Of a DNA stretch of 64,000 nt, positions 24,971 to 38,700 are shown piece after piece. Numbering within the stretch: the first letter of the stretch is position 1; every line of letters starts with the position of its first letter. Both the position numbers and the translations under genes were made by a program. Source of the DNA: Amphiscolops sp. MND2022 (taxonomy: Eukaryota); assembly GCA_964187785.1 (NCBI GenBank), contig OZ076409.1, positions 92,692,001-92,756,000 on the forward strand, given 5' to 3'. A model generated the notes under the pieces. It was not told the origin of the DNA. It worked only from the letters and a program-made list of their open reading frames with translations, and searched no databases.

Positions 24971-25791
24971 TGTTGAGACATTGAAAAAGTCTAACTGATT
25001 TGTATTTCAACGACTCATCTTCATGCGACGAATCAAATATGTACACCAAAACTATAAGCTGCTGAATCATAATCGTCGTTTCATACAGTATAGAAAATTT
25101 CATTCACTCTTTAGTTGTTACTCTCATAATTCTATGGTTTTCATTCCTTTTCAATCTTGACTTTCGTAAAGACAGGGTGCCATAATAGCGTCGAATTCCT
25201 ATCGTCCAATTTGAAGCTTCGTCCTAGCGTCGCTGTCCCCTTGTCGAAAGACTTTTGCCGAAGTAATTGCGTCGTTGCAAGTGGTACATCACCAATAACA
25301 CATTTGCGTCGCAAATAACAACGTTTTTTTCCCTCGGATATGCCCCATTTCCTCTAGTGCCCAGCGTCCGCTTATGTTCCCAACTTGCCGAGCGAGCTCG
25401 AACAGTAGCAGAGACCTTGCGGGAACCGAGATCGCGAAGCGATCGTTGTGGGAGCTGATCTTTGCGTGTGAGGGCGAGCGTGCAAAAATCGTATACGACC
25501 TCATATTAGGTGGGGAAAGGCTTGTTTGGTGTAGTTAGTAGCGGTATTATCTTGTTATTATTTATTATTAATAATTTAATCTGAAACAAACAGGAACAAT
25601 TCGACTGAAATTCGACATAATTTCGACAAAAATTCGACATTGGTTGTTCGACTACATTCGACGTTGTTCTTCGACTCTAATGATTCGACGTTAGGAATTC
25701 GACGTGTCAAAAATCGACGCTATTGACGCAAGTCTGCAATGACTTTCCTACGTTTCCAAAACAAAGATAGAAATTTCAATCAGAGGAAACA
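24971..25791 (+). repeat. BEL 5' LTR (interrupted by MITE 25174-25734)
   Basis: Aligns with 41026-41267 once the MITE is removed (shared ACGACTCAT, AATTTCATTCACTC, GTAAAGACTTTCC, ATAGAAA). Confidence 0.85.
25174..25734. mobile_element. Mutator-like MITE with GTCGAAT/ATTCGAC arms and core B (reverse orientation), inside the BEL 5' LTR
   Basis: TIR AATAGCGTCGA / TCGACGCTATT; 9-bp TSD CGTAAAGAC/TGCAATGAC matching the empty site TGTAAAGAC in the 3' LTR. Confidence 0.8.
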
Positions 25792-27495
25792 TCAATTGGT
25801 GCCGCGTAATCAAGAAACAATCAGCGAAGCAGCATGTTGTTAACCTATGGGGTGAAAAACGCATGAACAGCTGAAACGTTCCTGTTCAGCAATGTTTGGT
25901 GTGATCACAGAACTAGAACTGAACCACTAAGTCCTCTCTTCGACAAACAAAAGGAAATCGTCACAGCTGACGATCTCAGCTATCTGCGAGCAGTTGAGAA
26001 GAACTAGAAAATACTTGAAAATGATGTTTCTTTGCATTCTGCAGCAACACAGGTCATTCCAGATACAGACAACGAAATAGAGAAGGAAGTCGGAGACACC
26101 GCTCATTTTGAAAACAAAAGTGGAATGCAATTAGGAAGAAACAGCAGTTTGCTAGAGCCATTTGAAATCCAAGATTCAGAGCTAACTGCAGCACTCGCAG
26201 ACCCAGCTTCCAATTCAAACAGCCCTCCTGCAACAGGACGTTTGGAAATGCCAAAATTTTCTCAAATTCAATTGTCAATACAAAGGTTGGACTCCTTTTT
26301 TTGAACAATTCTTGGCTTCAGTGGATAGGTGGTAGTTTTTCCCGACATTCAAAAATTCAATTACCTCAAAGTATCTCTTCCAGGTGCAATGATACAGTAA
26401 GTCTCACATTTACCATTGTCTTATTCAAACTATAAAAATGCAATGAAAACGCTGGCTGACCGTTACAACAACAAAAGACCAAAAGTAAACTCTCACTTGG
26501 TTGCAATTTTGCACATGAATTCTCTGCGAAGTGAATCGGTCTCAGAATTACAATTTTGTGTTAGCTTCGAAGAAAATGTGATGGCTATTGGAGCGCTCAA
26601 GGTCAATACCGAAGCGAGTGGCATCATTTGGGTCCGACTTTTTTCTGGAAAGTTTGATTAACGAATCTAGAAGATAAAGAGACCTACGTTGTTCTAGAAA
26701 AAAGTTTCAAACATTTGATCATTTGCGAGACTTCATAAACAAACGTGTCCAAGAATTAGAAGCTTCTAATTGCGTGAAAGAACAAGCTGTCAATCAACAC
26801 ACCAGAATTGTGACAAATTGGGAGAACAGGCAACATAGTCTTTTGCAGAATTATCAAAGGTCTTTTGTAACATGCCCTTGTTGCCCCGAAAATCACAAAA
26901 TCTACTCTTGCAAACAGTTCGGTAAATTGGACCTGAAAGAGAGGAAAGCCTATCTGTAGTTTATTCATTCAAATTATGTTTCAATTGTGTGATCTCAGGG
27001 CACATAACAAAAGATTGCAAGTCAAAGCGCACCTGCAAAACGTGCCATGGCAAGCACAATTCGGTACTTGGTGCAGATTTGACGCAAAAGGCAGAAGTCA
27101 CAGGATGGCTCTTTACACATCGAGCATTCAATCTGTTGTCATACCAACTGCTTTTGTGCCCGCTGAAGATGACTCGTTCAACATTACGATTTGCAGAGCT
27201 ATACTCGACATTGGCGCTCAGCTCAATCTCATTACAGAGTCAGCAGTGTAATGAATGCAATTGGAACGGCAAAAGCAATCGCTGACTGTTAATGTCATTG
27301 GCAATGTTGCTAATAAAACCTACAACTCTGGAAGTGTTGTCTTACGCCGCAAATCAAAATCTTAATCCGAGGTTATTGAGGTTCCCGCTTTTATCCTCCC
27401 CAGTCTCACCCAACTTTTACCAAATCGTTCTTTCGACAATTCAACGCAGTCTGACATGGAAGACAGGAATTAGCAGATCCTAATGTCAATATCCC

Positions 27496-27729
27496 CGTTA
27501 TACGGTTGATCTGAATGACCCCTACCGAGTTTCGGTTACAAACTACTGCCCAAAATGTCTGATGTACCTAAGAGTTGTTTACAAACAAACTCTAATTAGA
27601 TTACCTTACTCTATACTCATTTTGTATACCGTTTTGATATAGAGCACAGTACAAGAGGGAACATTGGGAATAGAAACTTTATTTTAACTCGTTTTCTTCC
27701 ACATCTTATACTAGTCTTAGAATAGAACA
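27496..27729 (+). repeat. Gypsy 5' LTR (234 bp; terminal TG mutated to CG)
   Basis: CGTTATACGG...AATAGAACA followed by PBS. Confidence 0.93.
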
Positions 27730-30061
27730 TGGCGCAGTCAGCCGATTTTCAAATTGAGTAAATGCTTTTAAAACGGAAAACAATGGCTGAAAGAAATACC
27801 GTCCCAAATTTAGAAACAAAAGCCACAGACGGAAATCCCGTGTTTACACCGAGACAATGGCTTGAAAGGTTCCGGCAGTTTTGTAAACGGGAACACAAAA
27901 TTGACATTACCCCATTACTGAAAGGAGAAAACATTACGGATGCTGATTGGAACGGAAAAGAACAGGCCGTACAAGAAGATATCATATGGGGAGTGGGACC
28001 GGAAGCAATATACCAAATAACTAAGGCCGAATATAAAACGGAACCCGATAGCATAAAAGTAAAGGACCTAATCCGGTTATTTACCGATTTCTACATGCCA
28101 AAACGAAACACTCACCACAACCGAGGCGACTTCTTTTGGGCGACGCAAACCGAAGATGAAACATCGGAAGAATTCTGGAGACGGCTAATCGAAATCGAAA
28201 AAAGTGTAATTTCAATGCAATATCAGCCGAAGAATTGTTGACATCAAAATACATGACCGCAATCACCGATAAAAAATTACGGGTCAAAATAATGAAAAAA
28301 AACATTGGAACTGAAGAAAATAATCCAACTGATAAAGCAAAGCTCATACGAGAAAAAGAATGAAAAGAATACATTACCGTAAGCTTTGATATCAACAAAA
28401 GAAAAACACATAATAAAAGAAGAACCAATTCAGAGACTGGAAAGATTCGGAACAAAACCGAAGAATAAAAACTTCGGAAATCAAACATGCAGATTCTGCA
28501 ATGCTCCAAATTGGACACCAATGTATAAATATCCCGCACTAGAAGCTAACTGCAACAAATGCGGAATGAAAGGACATTACGCGAAAGCATGCAGACAGAA
28601 ATTCAACAACAACCGAACGGTGAAATGACTAACCGAAGAAGAAACAAACGAACCGAACGAAACAAGAAGCGACTCAGACTAAAGCATTCATCACATGAAA
28701 GAAATCAAGAAGATAAACGAAATGAACAAACATTTTACAGCAACAGTACAAATTAACGGAATAAAGAAGGAATTCATAATCGATACCGGATCACCTGTTT
28801 CAATAATGCCACCCGATAAAAGAATCATGAAAGCCACCGAAATTCAGAAAATAACAAACAGATACCAAGATGTGAACAAGAATGAAGTGAAATTCCGGGG
28901 GAAAGTTCCGGTGAACATAGAATACGAGAACAACAAACAAAAAATGGAAATTTTGATTACCGAAAGAATAGACATAACACCACTACTTGGAATGGATTGG
29001 ATGAAGAAGTTCAAACTAACAATCGGAAGATTTCAATTGGCCGAAAACAACCAATCAGAATGCGAGAAAGTATTCACAAAGCTCCCGGACTTATTTGAAA
29101 ACAATGAAACAATAAAAGATACCGAAATAAAAATTCATCTAAAACCGGGACGCCAACCGATAAAACAGAAAGCAAGGCCGGTACCACTACATCTACAGAA
29201 AGATGTAGAACGAGACTTGGAGAGATTAATAAAATCCGGACACTTGGAAAAAGTAAATAACGTAGACGAAGATTGTTTTGTTTCCCCGGTGGTAATAACT
29301 GTAAAAAATGACAAGTCGGTAAAGATAGCATTGGACTCACGAAAATCAAACGACAGCTGTATCACGATGAGACCACACATGCCGAACATGGAGGAACGAC
29401 TAAACCAGATTTCGGTTGAAATTACCCATGACCCCTCTCGCACAATTATTCATCTCAAAAATTGATCTAGACTACGCATACGGACAAAAGAAATTATCGG
29501 ACGAAACCAGCCGACAAGGCGTATTCGCACTAACCGGAGGAAATTTCAGCGGATACTACCGATTTAAAAAGGGTTTTACGGACTTGCCGATATCCCCACG
29601 ATATTTCAAGAAAAGATTGACCGAACACTTGAATACTGTACACCGGCTTGGCTAGACGACATAATCGCGGTAACTCGCGGAAATAAACAAGACCACGAGA
29701 AGAAACTATTCCACATTCTAAATAAACTATAAAAAGCCGGATACAGAGCAAGTAAAAGAAAGTCCGGATTCTTCATGTACCGAACAAAATGGCTGGGACA
29801 CGAAATAGACGAAAACGGATTCAAACGGAATGAAGAAAAAATTGAAGCGATATTGAAACTAAACTCACAGAAAACACAAAAGAACTAAAATCATTTCTCG
29901 GAGCAATACAATATATGGCGAAATTCCTACCGAAACTTTCGGAACGAACAGATTGACTGAAAAAACTTCTGAAGAAAAATGAACCATGGAACTGGGGAGA
30001 AGAACAACAGAAAGATTTTGAAAAAATAAAACAAATGTTAACCGAAGGACCATGTCTGGCC

Positions 30062-32516
30062 CATTACGGTTTGCAGAGCTATACTCGACATTGGCGCTCA
30101 GCTCAATCTCATTACAGAGTCAGCAGTGTAATGAATGCAATTGAAACGGCAAAAGCAATCGCTGACTGTTAATGTCATTGGCAATGTTGCTAATAAAACC
30201 TACAACTCTGGAAGTGTTGTCTTACGCCTCAAATCAAAATCTTAATCGGAGGTTATTGAGGTTCCCGCTTTTATCCTCCCCAGTCTCACCCAACTTTTAC
30301 CAAATCGTTCTTTCGACAATTCAACGCAGTCTGAAATGGAAGACAGGAATTAGCAGATCCTAATGTCAATATCCCCGTTATACGGTTGATCCGAATGACC
30401 CCTACCGAGTTTCGGTTACAAACTACTGCCCAAAATGTCTGATGTACCTAAGAGTTGTTTACAAACAAACTCTAATTAGATTACCTTACTCTATACTCAT
30501 TTTGTATACCGTTTTGATATAGAGCACAGTACAAGAGGGAACATTGGGAATAGAAACTTTATTTTAACTCGTTTTCTTCCACATCTTATACTAGTCTTAG
30601 AATAGAACATGGACGACGGAAGAATTCTGGAGACGACTAATCGAAATCGAAAAAAGTGTAGTTTCAATGCAATATCAGCCGAAGAAATGTTGATATCAAA
30701 ATACATGACCGCAATCACCGATAAAAAATTACGGGACAAAATAACGAAAAAAAACATTGGAATTGAAGAAAATAATCGAACTGATAAAACAAAACTCATA
30801 CGAGAAAAAGAATAAAAAGAATACAATACCGGAAGCTTTGATATCAACAAATGAAAAACACATAATAAAAGAAGAACCAATTCAGAGAATGGAAAGATTC
30901 GGAACAAAACCGAAGAATAAAAATTTTGGAAACCGAACATGCAGATTCTGCAATGCTCCAAATTGGACACCAATGCATAAATGTCCCGCACTAGAAGCTA
31001 ACTGCAACAAATGCGGAAAGAAAAGACATTACGCGAAAGCATGCAGACAGAAATTCAACAACAACCGAACGGTGAAATGACTAACCGAAGACGAAACAAA
31101 CGAACCGAACGAAACAACAAGCGACTCAGACGAAAGCATTCATCACATGAAAAAAATCAAGAAGGTAAACGAAATGAACAAACATTTTACAGCAACAGTA
31201 CAAATTAACGGAATAAAGAAGGAATTCCTAATCGATACCGGATCACCTGTTTCAATAATGCCACCCGATAAAAGAATCATGAAAGCCACCGAAATTCAGA
31301 AAATGACAAACAGATACCAAGATGTGAACAAGAATGAAGTGAAATTCCGTGGGAAAGTTCCGGTGAACATAGAATACGAGAAAACAAACAAAAAATGGAT
31401 ATTTTGATTACCGAAAGAATAGACATAACACCACTACTTGGAATGGATTGGATGAAGAAATTCGATCTAACAATCGGAAGATTACAATTGGCCAAAAACA
31501 ACCAATCAGAACGCGAGAAAGTATTCACAAAGCTCCCGGACCTATTTGAAAACAATGAAAAAATAAAAGATACCGAAATAAAAACTCAGCTAAAACCGGG
31601 ACGCCAACCGATAAAACAGAAAGCTAGACCGGTACCACTACATCTACAGAAAGATGTAGAACGAGAATTGGAGAGATTAATAAATCCGGACACTTGGAAA
31701 AAGTGAATAACGTAGACGAAGATTGTTTTGTTTCCCCGGTGGTAATAACTGTTAAAAGTGACAAGTCGGTAAAGAGAGCATTGGACTCACGAAAATTAAA
31801 CGACAGCTGTATCACGATGAGACCACACATGCCGAACATGGAGGAACTACTAAACCAGATTTCGGTTCAAATTACCCGTGACCGTATAGCACAATTATTC
31901 ATCTCAAAATTTGATCTAGACTACGCATACGGACAAAAAAAATTATCGGACGAAACCAGCCGACAAGTCGTATTCGCACTAACCGGAGGAAATTTCAGCG
32001 GATACTACCAATTTAAAAAGGGTTTTACGGACTTGCCGATATCCCCACGATATTTCAAGAAAAGATTGACCGAACCCTTGAATACTGTACCGGCTTAGCT
32101 AGACGACATAATCGCGGTAACTCGCGGAAATAAACAGGACCACGAGAAGAAACTAATCGACATTCTAAATAAACTAGAGAAAGCCGGATACAGAGCGAGT
32201 AAAAGAAAGTCCGGATTCTTCATGTACCGAACAAAATGGCTGGGACACGAAATAGACGAAAACGGATTCAAACGGAATGAAGAAAAAATCGAAGCGATAT
32301 TGAAACTAAACTCACAGAAAAACACAAAAGAATTAAAATCATTTCTCGGAGCAATACAATATATGGCGAAATTCCTACCGAAACTTTCGGAACAAACAGA
32401 CTGACTAAGAAAATTTCAGAAGAAAAATGAACCCTGGAACTGGGGAGAAGAACAACAGAAAGATTTTGAAAAAATAAAACAAATGTTAACCGAAGGACCA
32501 TGTCTGGCCCATTACG
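30062..32516 (+). repeat. Tandem duplicate of 27182-30068 (BEL segment + Gypsy LTR + gag-PR-RT) with a ~430-bp deletion after the LTR
   Basis: 30062-30612 repeats 27182-27732 at offset 2880; junction microhomology CATTACG; sequence then resumes at the equivalent of ~28165. Confidence 0.92.
30376..30609 (+). repeat. Third (internal) Gypsy LTR copy
   Basis: Nearly identical to the 5' LTR, including the CG start and preceding ATCCC; PBS truncated to TGG. Confidence 0.93.
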
Positions 32517-35500
32517 CGAAAGACAAAAATAACATAGTAACAACAGACGCAAGCACCAACGGACTCGGAATAACACTTTGGCAAAAACAAGATGACGGAA
32601 ACACAAAACCGATAGCATACGGCAGCAGATATTTGAATGAAACCGAAAAGAAATATTCAATCGGCGAATTGGAGTTATTAGCGGTAGTATGGGGACTAGA
32701 AACATTCCAATTTTATCTATACGGAAAGAAAGTATACCTATATACGGATGATCAAGCATTAGAACCATCAATCCATTAATCAAACGAAACCGGTGTAATA
32801 AACAATACAGCGCGAGATTAACACGGTGGCTTGACCGATTAACACATTTCGATATTTCAATACAACATATTGCAGGCAACAACCTGAAATTTACCAATTA
32901 TCTCAGTAGAAATCCGGTAGGGGGAGCAACACCAGACGAAAATTACAAAGAAGAATACGTAATTAACATATTAACCGAGCACGCCAACTTGAATTTGAAC
33001 CACGGAAGATTATTCGCCGACCAATCAAAACACGACAAAGCAAAACCGAAATACGCGGTGACGCAACCGAAGCAAAAGATTAGCGCAACGGAAACCAATC
33101 ACAAACGAATAGAACATTCGAGAACATAAACAGCGGTAACAAAATCGAACTCAACAAACCAACTACAACCAGCAGTCCGATATTAGCATTTCAAAATCAA
33201 GTCACATTTTGTTACAACAGAATCCAGAAAAAATGGACCGAGAAAATTTTTATCATTGGGGGGCTACCCGTTGAATCATGCACATTATCAGACGCCGTAA
33301 CAATAGTCCGGAAACCCGAAGACTGATAGAGCAGCGAAACGCACCATCCCGGCCAGGAACCTCGAGACGCCGGTACGACCATCAAACACAACGGACCGTG
33401 TTTGCATCCTCCCGCACTAACAAAAGGAGCCGCGAAGAAATCGCGGAAATTGGCGCGGAGATTATGAGACGCGCGAACAGATTGGGAGGAGGATACCAAG
33501 CAATACAGGAAGAACCGGAAGAAAATACGGAAGAGGGCGAAATAAATCAAGAACCGGAAGATACCGAAGCAAATAGTATTATACTACGCGGAGACAACCT
33601 GCCGATAGTTGATCTAAGCAAGTACAATACTGACAGAAAGGAGGCAAAATATATTCAGATCAACCACATTGTGGGGAAGCTGACATCGAACAAAAAGATC
33701 ACGGAGGAAAACATTAAAAAGGCTGAATTCGAGTTCATGATGGACTTGAAAACCCTCATCTCGAAAACCGCGATAGACCCCGAACTCACTCACGTACGGA
33801 ACAGCATGAGACGAGAAGACCGCGAAATTACTCCGGATGGATACAAATCGGTCTTCGACAAACTATCTATTAGATGGGGGCTCGTATTTGTGGATGATCA
33901 AATAGTGGTGCCGATTGATCTCCGAAGAAGACTTCTGGATATTCTCCACTTCGGTCACGCCGAAATGACAAAAATGGAAACAGAGGCAAAAATATTCTGG
34001 TGGCCGACAAAGGAGCCTGACATTGAAACGAAAGTGAAAGACTGCACCGCATGTCTTGCCTCAGGTAAAAATCCTAAATACCAATTACCGAGTAAACACT
34101 ACGGAAAATTAGAAAAACTAATTGAACCGGGACAAGAAATACAAATTGATTTCACCGGAAAATTGCATAATCAAAAGATACACGGAGACGTACAAATACT
34201 AGTTGCCGTAGACAGGTTCAGTAAGTGGCCAACCGTAAAAATTTGCAAAATCGCCGAAACAAAAGAAGTGATACATTTTTTTAAACAAGTAATTTTAACC
34301 TATACGGAATACCGGAGAAAATAAAATTGGATAAAGGAGGTGCTTTTATCTCGAAAGAAAACCAAGAGTTTTGCAAAAGCGAAACATAGAAATTGAATAT
34401 TGCACACCCCGATTACATACGGGAAACGGAGTGGTAGAACGAGCCAACCAAACGTTAAAAAATTAAGTAATAACACATATAGAAGTTGGTCAAAATCCTA
34501 CCGAAAGTGTAAACCGAGCACTCCGAGTTATGCGACTCACCGTACATACGGGACTCAAGAAAACACCATTCGAATTACATCACGGAGGAAAGCCGAGAAC
34601 CGAATTAACAAATATTGTTAAAGACGGTAAAACTTTTCTATCTGATTGGTCAGAATTATCTATTTCAGCACCAGTAAGACCGAAGATCCCCATCTACGTG
34701 GGTCGAGACGGAGAAGGTGAAATAACAAACCATATTATTATGGCACGGAACAAAACAGAAGAGAAAAACCTAGCAGAAGGGCCGAACTCACCGGAAAAGA
34801 AAAATTTGGTCAGCTATCTTTTTAAACTTCGAGAGAAAAACCATAACAAAAAATCTTTAGAAGGAAAATTTCAGAAGAAAATACAAACCGCAATAAGCGG
34901 AAACGAAAACACTGTAAAAACGGATACTGGAAAAATTATTAGCCGGAAATGTATTTCGGGCCCACTATTTCAGACCGAAAGAAAGACAAGACGAGAGCCA
35001 ACACCAATGACCAGCAGTGAAATTCAACCGAAGAATAGACACTGCCTCCGAGGATTAGACGGAAAATATGGCTGCTGGGACGAGATCCATCGGGACATAT
35101 TAAATGGCAAATTGAAGATGAAGACGAAGAGATGCCGGAAGTGACCGGAGACATCACATATGACACATCCGAACGAAACGGAAGTTATGCCCCGATCCAA
35201 ACAAATCCGGATGAGGATGCAGTTCAAATCCACACCGACGGTGAGATTTCTGGTGAGAATTTAGATCATAAAACACGGCGTTCAAACCGAAAAACAAACC
35301 GAATAGATACGGTGGTTTATCGTACACAGGAAATTTTTGGGGGTAAATAGAAAGTTAATAATTATGTATTGCAGGAAACGTCTGGACCAGGTGCAAAGGA
35401 ACGCCACAACCGGAAACAATCCAAAAGCCGGCAGACTTCCTACCACAGGATCTGGAAATGACCCCAACCCGACCATCAACCTCTGCATCAACAACCATCT

Positions 35501-35542
35501 TCGATGATTGGAAAGAACCCGAGAAAAGGAGAGAGGGGGAAA

Positions 35543-35767
35543 TGTTATACGGTTCATCCGAATGACCCCTACCGAGTTTCAGTTACAAACTACTGCCCAA
35601 AATGTCTGATGTACCTAAGAGTTGTTTAAAAACAAACTCCAATTAGATTACCTTGCTCTATACTCATTTTGTATTTGATATAGAGCACAGTACAAATAAG
35701 ATTGGAAATAAAAACTTTATTTTAACTTGTTTTCTTCCACATCTTATACTAGTCTTAGAATAGAACA
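35543..35767 (+). repeat. Gypsy 3' LTR
   Basis: TGTTATACGG...AATAGAACA after a polypurine tract, followed by TSD ATCCC. Confidence 0.93.
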
Positions 35768-38700
35768 ATCCCCAGTGCAATTGACCTCATTTTGGCGCCA
35801 ATGTTTCCTAAGACATTGACGTCCACGAAAAGTTCTTGAGAACATTGGTCTCCGCTTTCGCAACAATGTATTCGGCTGGATCGTCTCTGGGAAACAACCA
35901 AATGACGCCGGGACTGTCGCCAAAATTTCACTTTGCATTAACGATACTTTCGATCTGAAAACAATTTCATTTTCAATGGAAGAACAAAACAAATTTCAAA
36001 ACAATGGAAGAACATCCAGTGAAAAATAATCTCACTAATGGAAAAATTGAATACGAGAAGCATTTCTAAGAGACAAAAACGCTGTCAGCAAGTGGCCGAT
36101 TTGTAGTCAAACTGCCTTCCAAAAAAGAGGAATACTCGCTTGACGAAAGTATTATGGCAGCCCGAAGACGGTTCTTCTCTTTAGAAAGACGATTAGCAGC
36201 CAATCCAACTGTGTATGACCAGTACAGATATTTCATTAAAGAATTCTTGGATTTGGGTCATTTGGAAGTCATACCACAAGACTCAATCGATAACAACCAT
36301 CAGAACATCACAATTTGCCACATCATTCCGTCTTCAAAGAAAACTCTACAACAATTAAGTTAGGGGTGTTTTCGATGGATCAGCCGAAACAGGTTCCGGG
36401 ATATCATTGAACGTATCACTGATGGTTAAATCGAAGTTGCAACCCAATTCATACTCAACTGTTTTACGATTTCGTTTCCACAAAATTGCCCTATCCGCTG
36501 ATAAAGCAAAAAGGTATCGGCAATTCGAATCGAGCTCCGAAGACAAAAATTTTCACTGCGTTCTCTGGCGTAATCATCCACCTGAGCCCATCCAACAACT
36601 TCGCATGACAAGAGTGACGTATGGAATTACATCATCATGATCATACCATTTCAATCGCTGTCTTCAAGAAATTGAAAACAAATCAACCGACGATGAAATC
36701 AAACTGACAATCACGAAACACTTCTACAAGGACGATTTTGTTAGTGGTGCAGCAGACAAAGCATCGGCTTTAAAACTGATCGATATTCTACCAAAACAAG
36801 TGAACAAACTTGGTTTAGAAATCAGAAAACTAACAAGCAGCGACAGCTCAATCACGTTCTCTTCACCTGAAGAATTACGAGTAAGTTCAGAGACAAAGAT
36901 AATCGACAAAGGTTATCATATTAGGATAATTGGAATTCAATGGACCCCGAATCAAGGTGCATTCCCGTTCAAAGTCAATTTAGATGAAATCTCACAGCTC
37001 ACAAAAAACATTGCTCTCTGACACGTCAGAATTGTTTGATGCTAACGGGTGGTTGAGACCAATCAGAGTCAGATACAAGTGCCTGCTGTAGGCAATACAG
37101 GTTTTGGGACTGGATTGGGACGCCAACTTGCCGGAACATATTCAACAAGAGTGGCTAACTTCACGGAACAATCTACCGAGACTAAAGTCACTAAAAATTT
37201 GCTGCGTCATCACACAGAGTGACATGAAGACAATAGAACTACAACTCTTCACGGAGGCGAGGGAAAAGCCTACTCAGCGAATGTATACAATTGAATAACG
37301 TCAGTTGATAAATCAGTTTCCTGTCATCTGCTCGTAGCGAAGACCTAAGTAGCGCCCGTTTAGACAACCAGTCGACCAAGACTGGGAATTTGTGCTGCAC
37401 ATTTGGGGTCCAAGCTCTTGATAACTGTGCAAAACTCTCTGAAGTTATTAAACTTTGCGAGTGCTCCGATTTCCTTTCCCGCCTGGTCCAATTCAACAAT
37501 CGTACTGCAATAGTTGTGTCAAGTACCAAGATAACGGTCGACTTTTCTAGCGAATATAGTCCCCGAAAAACAAGAACATTTACCCAGATCACAATGGAAA
37601 CAAGTAGATTCGTCACACAGTCCTGCACACAATCATCACGCGGAATGGATGTAGTGGATCTCATCGAGTGATACTTGTGGTGGTATGGTCCACAATTTCT
37701 ACAAGACACAAAAGATCATTTGCCCAAACAATCAATCTTGAAAGCTGACAAGCCAGAAAAGAAATCTCAGTTAAATCAGAAGACGACTTTCGCAGTTGAG
37801 AAAAACACCCAACAGCATCAATCATTCCAATAAATTGGCATTCTAACCATCCAAAACTCCTCAGAGTGATTGTTTTTGTCGTGAAGGCAATCAATCGTCT
37901 CGAAAAGCAATTTTTACAAACAAGGTGTTATTCCACACGAACACAGTCAGGACAGATCAATTTTTGTACGTCAAAAGCAGCGAATATAACTTTGAGATGA
38001 ACTTGAGCAGCTCTCAAAGAAAGAAGAACTGTCCAAGAAGAGTCGTTTGCTGAGCCTTTCACCAAATTACGACACAGACCACAGTTCGAGTTGGGGGCAG
38101 ACATTCTCAGAGCAACCTGCAGGAAAACATGAGGTTTCCAGCTATCATACCCAAAGAATCCTCGCTTGTGATCCTCATTCTCCGGCATTATCAGGAAGCG
38201 CGCTTCTTTGTGGCGGGTTACTTACAATGAATGCAAATAGACATGAATTCTGGATTCCCGCAGCCAGGAATTTGACAAACAAGTGATCAAGACATGTGCA
38301 ACATGTAGTCGATATAACAACGTCCCGTCGAAAAAACTAATGGTCGATCTTCTCACAGAACGGATTACGCCTTCCAACCCATTCTTCAACACAGGCTTAG
38401 ATCTTGCAGGTCCATTTTTCATCAAAAAAGGGCAATGTGAACAAAAAAGTGAAAAAAGTATACTGCCGTTTTTGTTTGTTTTGCAACTAAAGCCTACATC
38501 TAGAAGTTGCCAAGGATTTGACTAAAGAAGCATGCATCGCAGCCCTGAAATACTTCATAGGCCGACGTGGACTTTTTCGAAGGCTGTTTAGTGACAAAGA
38601 CACGAATTTCCTTGGAGCAAGGGATGAAATCGTACGCGTTCAAGCACTCCAAACGAAATCTTCTCTTGAAAATCATTCAAAGACTTTGCTATGCAACAAG

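Larger units (their letters stand above)
27496..35767 (+). mobile_element. Ty3/Gypsy (Mag-like) LTR retrotransposon nested in the BEL protease region, decayed and partly duplicated
   Basis: LTRs 27496-27729 and 35543-35767; perfect 5-bp TSD ATCCC (removal restores BEL DPNVNIPSAIDLIL); PBS TGGCGCAGTC (tRNA-Ser-like); PPT GAGAAAAGGAGAGAGGGGGAAA; tandem gag knuckles CRFC..HKCPA..CNKC..H..C; protease IDTGS; RT WLDD; RNase H TTDAS/ELELLAVVWG; integrase HFGH..CTAC and QIDFTG. Confidence 0.95.

Noticed and set aside
31078..31083. UGA-CUA readthrough signal at the Gypsy gag/pol boundary (also at 28626)
   Set aside because: It is in frame with protease, but both copies share another TGA inside pol (32402, same TGA CTA context) and shared frameshifts, so an inherited Arg-codon-to-TGA mutation is the simpler explanation; only the family consensus could revive it
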